Assembly (NCBI GenBank): GCA_965240325.2
Contig: OZ251238.1
Span: 186,001 to 250,000, forward strand
DNA from: Rebecca billardiae RCC1528
Taxonomy: Eukaryota; Protista; Haptophyta
Reading direction: 5' to 3'
Length of the DNA: 64,000 bases
The position numbers and the translations under genes are program-made. Below, in pieces: positions 58,801 through 64,000 of the stretch; within the stretch, counting starts at the first letter, position 1; each line of letters starts with the position of its first letter. The notes below the pieces were generated by a model. That model was not told the DNA's origin and did not search any database. It saw only the letters and a list, made by a program, of their open reading frames with translations.

Positions 58801-61800
58801 CGGCGCTCGAGGCGATGCTCCACCCCGACGTGACGATGGCCGTGCGCGCGGGCGAGCTGAACGGCGACGACGCCGCGCTCGCGCGCGGCCGCGCGGCCGT
58901 GATGGCCCTGCTCTGGGAGACGGATGCGCACGCGCCGGGCGGCACAGCGGACGCGCTGCTCGGGCGCATGTGCCGCGTGCAGCCCGTGGTGGCGCTGCCG
59001 CCGAGGGCGCGGCCGGGCGGGGAGGAGTGGGCGCGCACGCGGCTGCACTTCTGCGGCTGGCGCAAGAGGCCCGGCGGCGCCTCCGCCCTCGCGCGCTGGG
59101 TGCGCCGCCGGCGCGCGCAGCAGGCGGCGGCGCAGCGCGCGGCCGGCGCGCCGGGCGCGCCGGGCGCGCTGCCGCAGCCGCAGCCGCAGCAGCAGCAGCA
59201 GCCGGGGGCGACGCCCGGCGCGGCCGTCGCGCCGGCGAGGGGCGCGGAGGGCGGCGGCGCGGGCGGCGACGAGGGCGGCGGCGCGCTCGCGGCGGAGCTC
59301 GCCGTCGAGCTTGTGCGCTTCGCCGACGTGATCGCGTGGTGAGCGCACGCGCGCGCGCCACGCGCCGCCGCGCGCGCCCCCACTCGCCGCGCCGCGCGCC
59401 CGCGCCGCGCCGCGACGCGCCGCGCCGCAGCCGCGCCGCAGCCGCGCCGCCCGGCTGACACGCCCCCCGCCGCCGCGCGCAGGGACGGCTGGGGCCGGGC
59501 GCGCGAGATCGTGCGCATCGTCGCGCCGCCGCCCTCGCACCGCGAGCTCGTCGAGCTGTACCGCAAGGTGAGCGCGCATGAGCGCGCATGAGCGCGCACC
59601 GCGCACCGCGCGCGCGCGCACCGCGCAGCACACGTGCGCGCCGACCCCGACGCGCGGCTGCGCACTGCGCGCGGCGCGCGGCGCACAGCCGCGGCCGCGC
59701 GCGCCCACCGCCCACCGCCCGCCCTTTGCCCTCACGCGCCCGGCGCTGCGCACGCGCGCGGCGCGCGCGCGCAGGGCGCTCACGCCGAGGTGGGCGCTCT
59801 GCTCGACGACGCCATCGCCTTTCAACCCGCGCCGTCCGCGCTCGCGCCGCCGCCGGACCCGCCCGGCCTGCGCGCGGCCGTGCTGCGCCCGCCGGCGCAC
59901 CGGCGGCCGCGGCGCGCGCTGCGCGGGCGCACGCGCGCGCTCGGCGGCGGCGGCGGCGGCGAGGGCGCGAGCCGACTGCCGGCGCACACCGCGCCGTTCC
60001 AGCTGACCGACTGGCCGCGCGACCCCGCGCCCTCCGCCGAGCCGGGCGCGGACGCGGAGGCCGCGCGCGCCGCGGTCGTCGAGGGCCGGCCGGCGGTGCG
60101 GCGCGCGCTCGGGCGGCTGCTGGACCGGCTGCGGGGGCGCGTGCTGTGCGTGAGCGCGGCCGAGCAGGCGCGCGTGTTCGTGCCCGCGCAGGGCCGGCCG
60201 ATCAGCGTGCTGCTGCCCGCCGCGGGGATGGAGTCTGCGTGCGCGCCGCGCGCCACGCCGCGGCCGCGCGCCGCGCGACGCGCGACCCGCGACCCGCGCG
60301 CCGCCCTCACCGCGCGACACGCCGCCCACCTCCCGCGTGCGCGCGCGCGGCCGTGCGTGCGCGCAGCACGCTGCTGAGCGATGAGCCGGGCGACACGGAG
60401 CTCGAGCTGCTCGAGCCAGCCGACGACCTGCGCGCGCTGCTGCACGAGGGAGCGCGCGGCGGCGGCGGCGGCGGCGGCGCGCGCGGCGGCGCGGGCGTGC
60501 GCATGCGGCTGCGCGCGCTGCCGCCGAGCTCGAGCCTGGAGGAGGGCTCAGTGGTGCTGCTGCCCGCGGCGCACGCGGCGCGGCTGCTGCGCGCGCCGCC
60601 CTCCGTCGGGCAGTGGCAGCTGCTCTCCTGCCTCGAGCTGCTCGGCGATTGGCTGCCGCTGGGCGCGCCGCCCTCAGAGCGCGGGCTGCGCACGCAGCGG
60701 CTGCGCGAGACGGTGCGCTGGGTGTTCCGCCCCGAGGCGCGGCTGGCGGCCATCGTGCACGAGCGGCTGCCGTGCGGGCCGGCGCACGAGGAGCGCGCGC
60801 GCGCCGCGCGCGGCCGCGCAGAGCGCCGGCTGCGCGCGCGCCTCCAGAGCGCGGCCACGCCCGCAGAGGCGCAGCTCGCCGCCGCCGCGCTCGGCCGCGC
60901 CGCCGCCGCCGCCGCCGGTGGCGCGACGCAGCCGCCGGGCAGCGGCGGCGGTGCCGGCGGTGCCGGCGCGGGCGTGGTGGGCTCGGGCGCGCTGCCGCCG
61001 GCGACGCCGCCCATCACGCGCACGGCCGCGCTCGCCGCCGAGCTCGCCGCCGCCACATCGGACGAGCGCGCGCTCGCACCGGGCGCGCTCGGCACCGCGC
61101 CGCCGCCGGGCACGCCGGGCGGTGGCGGCGGCGGCGGCGGCGGGCGCTTCTTCTCGCCCGCGCTGGCGCACGCGCAGCTGCTCGGGCTGTGGCGGCAGGG
61201 CGAGCGCGCGGGCATGGAGCTCGAGGCGCTGCTCGAGCCCGACGCGTGGCTCGTCGTGCGGCACGGCTCGCTCGCCGCGCCGCGCGCCGAGGCGTCCGCG
61301 CGCGGCCGCGCGGCGGTGGTGGGCTTCTTGCGAGCGTCGCGGTTTGGGTACGCGCTCGCGGCGGGGGCGGCGCGGCTGGAGGCGGAGCCACCGCACCTCG
61401 CGCGCACGACGGGCCCGCTCGAGCCGCCGCGCGTGCCCGGCGCCACCGCGTACCGCATGGTCGAGACACGCGCCACCTTCCGCGAGAAGGCGCGCCGCCA
61501 GCCGCCCGCGCGCCGCCGCGCGCTCGTGCCGCCGCTGCCGCCGTTCGGCGGCGCGAGCGGCGCGCTGCCCAAGCCGGGCACGGTGGCGGCGGCGGCGGCG
61601 GCGGCGGCGGGCGCGCGCTCGGGCGACCGGCAGGGCCACACCTTCCCCTCGCGCGAGCGCGCCGCCGCGCTCACCGCGCTCGAGCCGAGCGCCGCCGTCG
61701 GCGCGCGCGGCCGCGGCGGCGGCGCGCGCGGCCGCGGCCGCGGCCGCGCCGCGCCGCTCGACGCGCCGCCGGCCGACGCGGCCGAGCGCGGCGAGGGCAG

Positions 61801-62941
61801 CGGCGGCGGCGGCGGCGGCGGCGCGGCGGAGGCGCCGCCGTCCGGCGCCGAGTGCCTCGAGCTCGTGCGCTGGACCTCGCGCGGCACGATCGCCGCAATC
61901 ACGCGCGTGCTCGGCCCGCCGCCCACGCACCGCGCGTGGCTCGAGGCGCACGCGCGCGGCGAAGGCTCGGCGCTGCAGCTGATGCTCGCGCCGGACGTGC
62001 GGCTGCGCGTCGAGCTGCCAGAGCCGGGGGCGCGCGAGCCCGCGCCCGCGTACGCGCGGCGCGGCGGCACGCGCGAGGCGGCCGCCGCCGACGCGCTCGC
62101 GCGCACGGCGGACTGGGCGCGCGCGAGCGGCGGCGGCGCGCGCGTGGTCGAGCGCTCGGGCGCGGCCGCGGCGCTCGACGAGCTGCGCCGGCTGCTCGCG
62201 CGGTGCAAGGGGCGCGTGCACGCGCTCGGGCCAACGGCCGAGCTGGACGTGGGCGTGGCGCTCGGCCCGAGCGCGCGCACCGTCGTGCTCCGCGGCCTCG
62301 TCGGCGACGGCGTCGACGCGGACGCGCGCGCGCCCGCGGGCTGGCCGCCACACGCGCAGCCGCCACTCACGCTCGACCCCAACCTCGCCGGCGGCCCGAT
62401 CGTCCTCTGGCTCGAGGCGGGCTCGCTCTTCGACCCGGCGGGCGCGCCGCCGAGCATGCTCTTCGACCGCGCCGCGCGCGCCGCGTACGGCCTGCCCGCG
62501 CGCACCGGCCCGCTCAGCGCCGAAGACGTGGACGCGCTGCTGGCCGCGGGCGAGCTGCGCGAGGTGACGCGCGCCGCGTTCGGTGGCCGCTGGCTGCCGA
62601 TGGGCGCGCCGTGGCACGAGGGGCCGCAGACGGCGCGGGCGGCGACGGGCGGCGCGGCGCGCGCGCCCGCGGCCGAGGCGGGGCCGCGCGTCTTCATGCA
62701 GGACACCATCGAGTGGGCCGTGCGCGACGGCCCCGAGCGCGTCGCGCTGCGCATCGTGCGCACGCGGCTGCCGCCAGATGCGGTGCACGTCGACGTCGAG
62801 CGCGCGTGGGCGCGCGAGCCGATCCGGCCGGGCACCGCGGCGAGCGCCGGGCCGGTGACGCCCGGCGCTGCGCCGAGCAGCGCCATCGCGCCACGCGCCA
62901 CGCCGCGCCCGGCGTCGGCGCCGCGCCGGCGCGGCGCGTGA
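52809..62941 (+). CDS. Giant protein with IQ-like motifs, multiple annexin-like repeats and ~4 SnoaL/NTF2-like repeats; introns 59339-59482, 59568-59774, 60239-60366
   Basis: VATIQRQLRARRQAR; ERTLVDVLGTASRRELRALKRAYE, ELCAALCGLSDEQLRATCAAY, VLITLIGSASDAQL; LEAMLHPDV..RGRAAV, LEALLEPDA..RGRAAVVGFL, LQLMLAPDV. Splice phases consistent. Confidence 0.65.
54824..54881 (+). repeat. (GAC)n coding repeat (poly-Asp)
   Basis: About 19 GAC codons. Confidence 0.9.
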
Positions 62942-63858
62942 GCGCAGCGCGGCCCACGTCATGCTGCAGCAGACTCGATCGGCATGCAAGCGCACACCAC
63001 AGACGCATCTCAGCAAGGTCGAGGAGGCTGTGCTAGCGGAGCGTGTAGAGCTCGCAACGCGTGCAGCTCGTCTGTCTCCAAGGGCCGTCAACCTGTGTGC
63101 GTCGCCGTACTGGCGCAGGCGCGGCTCGTCCACCAAGGCAGAGAGCTTGCCAGACTGACGGTGTTCGCCGCGTGTCACACTCGAATGCAAGCAGCGCACA
63201 TTACGCGCGCTCAGGACTGAACTGTACTGCCTACTGCCTATGTACTGGCAATAGCCAAAATAACCAATACGCGGCGCGTGGACGTGGTACTGCGCGGTGA
63301 CTATATGATATCGACTCTCGATGCGAAACCCGCGCGGTCGTGGCTAGGCGTATACCATCTTGGCGGCTCGTTCTTCGGACACAACCGGCAGCGCCACAGG
63401 GCGAGGATATAACGCTACTACGCCCCAACCGGTGCTGCTGTCAGGCCACCCGGTCTGACACCGGCAGACACCGCGGCCAGTAGTAGTGCCGCCGCGGGCC
63501 ACCACCGACTGACCCCGTACTCCCGTGTCCCGTCCCACAGCAGGGGCGCGATCCAGATGAAGTTATTGATGGGAGTTCGGAAGGGAAGCCATGGCGGGCG
63601 CGGATGCCCGTCCCACCGCGATCCAAGGCCCAGCGCCACGGCCGGGCCACTGGGGTGTGGCGCAGGCAGGGTGGCGCGGTCGGACGAGCGCGTGAGCTTG
63701 AGTGACAGCTTCCTTCCGGACCACTCTTCACGTGGACGGCTTTTCGGCGTGGATTTCATCATCCGTTTTGGCTGTGAAAGGGGTAAACATCGAAAGCCGC
63801 TCAGAGTCATCACCGGACCGTGGTTTATCATCACATTGTTCTAAATAGTTACCAGTAC

Positions 63859-63910
63859 AGGCTTCGGCCGCCAGTCTGATCACCCGGAGCCCGTTATAAA
63901 GGGGAATTTA
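63859..63910 (-). repeat. Inverted exact copy of 13679-13730
   Basis: 52/52 identity by eye. Confidence 0.85.
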
Positions 63911-64000
63911 GAAGTACCGATTGTGTAGGTGTGTCGTCAAGTCATAGAATAAGTAGCCGGTCACGATGACTTTCAACTTTGGCCAGGCCGAGGGTTCATT

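Noticed and set aside
63231-63844. Short ORFs at the window end
   Set aside because: No recognisable domain; likely intergenic or TE-derived

Overview
Eukaryotic, very GC-rich genomic DNA with short GC-rich GT-AG introns; the style suggests a haptophyte alga such as Pavlovales (inference only). Most ORFs in the six-frame track are GC shadow frames. The window has two parts. (1) About 2-20.5 kb is a lower-GC island full of transposons. It holds a 5.4-kb TIR element (2335-7707, 8-bp TSD CTCGCCGG) whose only recognisable gene is an NCLDV/PrimPol-type AEP primase-polymerase between inverted G4-prone tandem arrays, with a nested CACC-terminal element. It also holds two MITE-like elements, two nested hAT-like elements, a DUF3253-family gene with an in-frame UGA at the conserved Cys plus a CC-type SECIS-like hairpin (candidate new selenoprotein), a probably inactive cNMP phosphodiesterase, TXNDC17 and a glycosyltransferase pseudogene. 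(2) About 20.8-63 kb is a gene-dense, extremely GC-rich block. It encodes a GAF-only protein, a divergent DDB1-like propeller protein, a nucleotide-sugar transporter, a giant (CEP164-type WW + EF-hand)x2 + Sfi1-like protein, a DUF2306-like membrane protein, a Bromo_TP + BRK protein and a giant IQ/annexin-like/SnoaL-like protein. All family calls come from motif recognition by eye, not from database searches.
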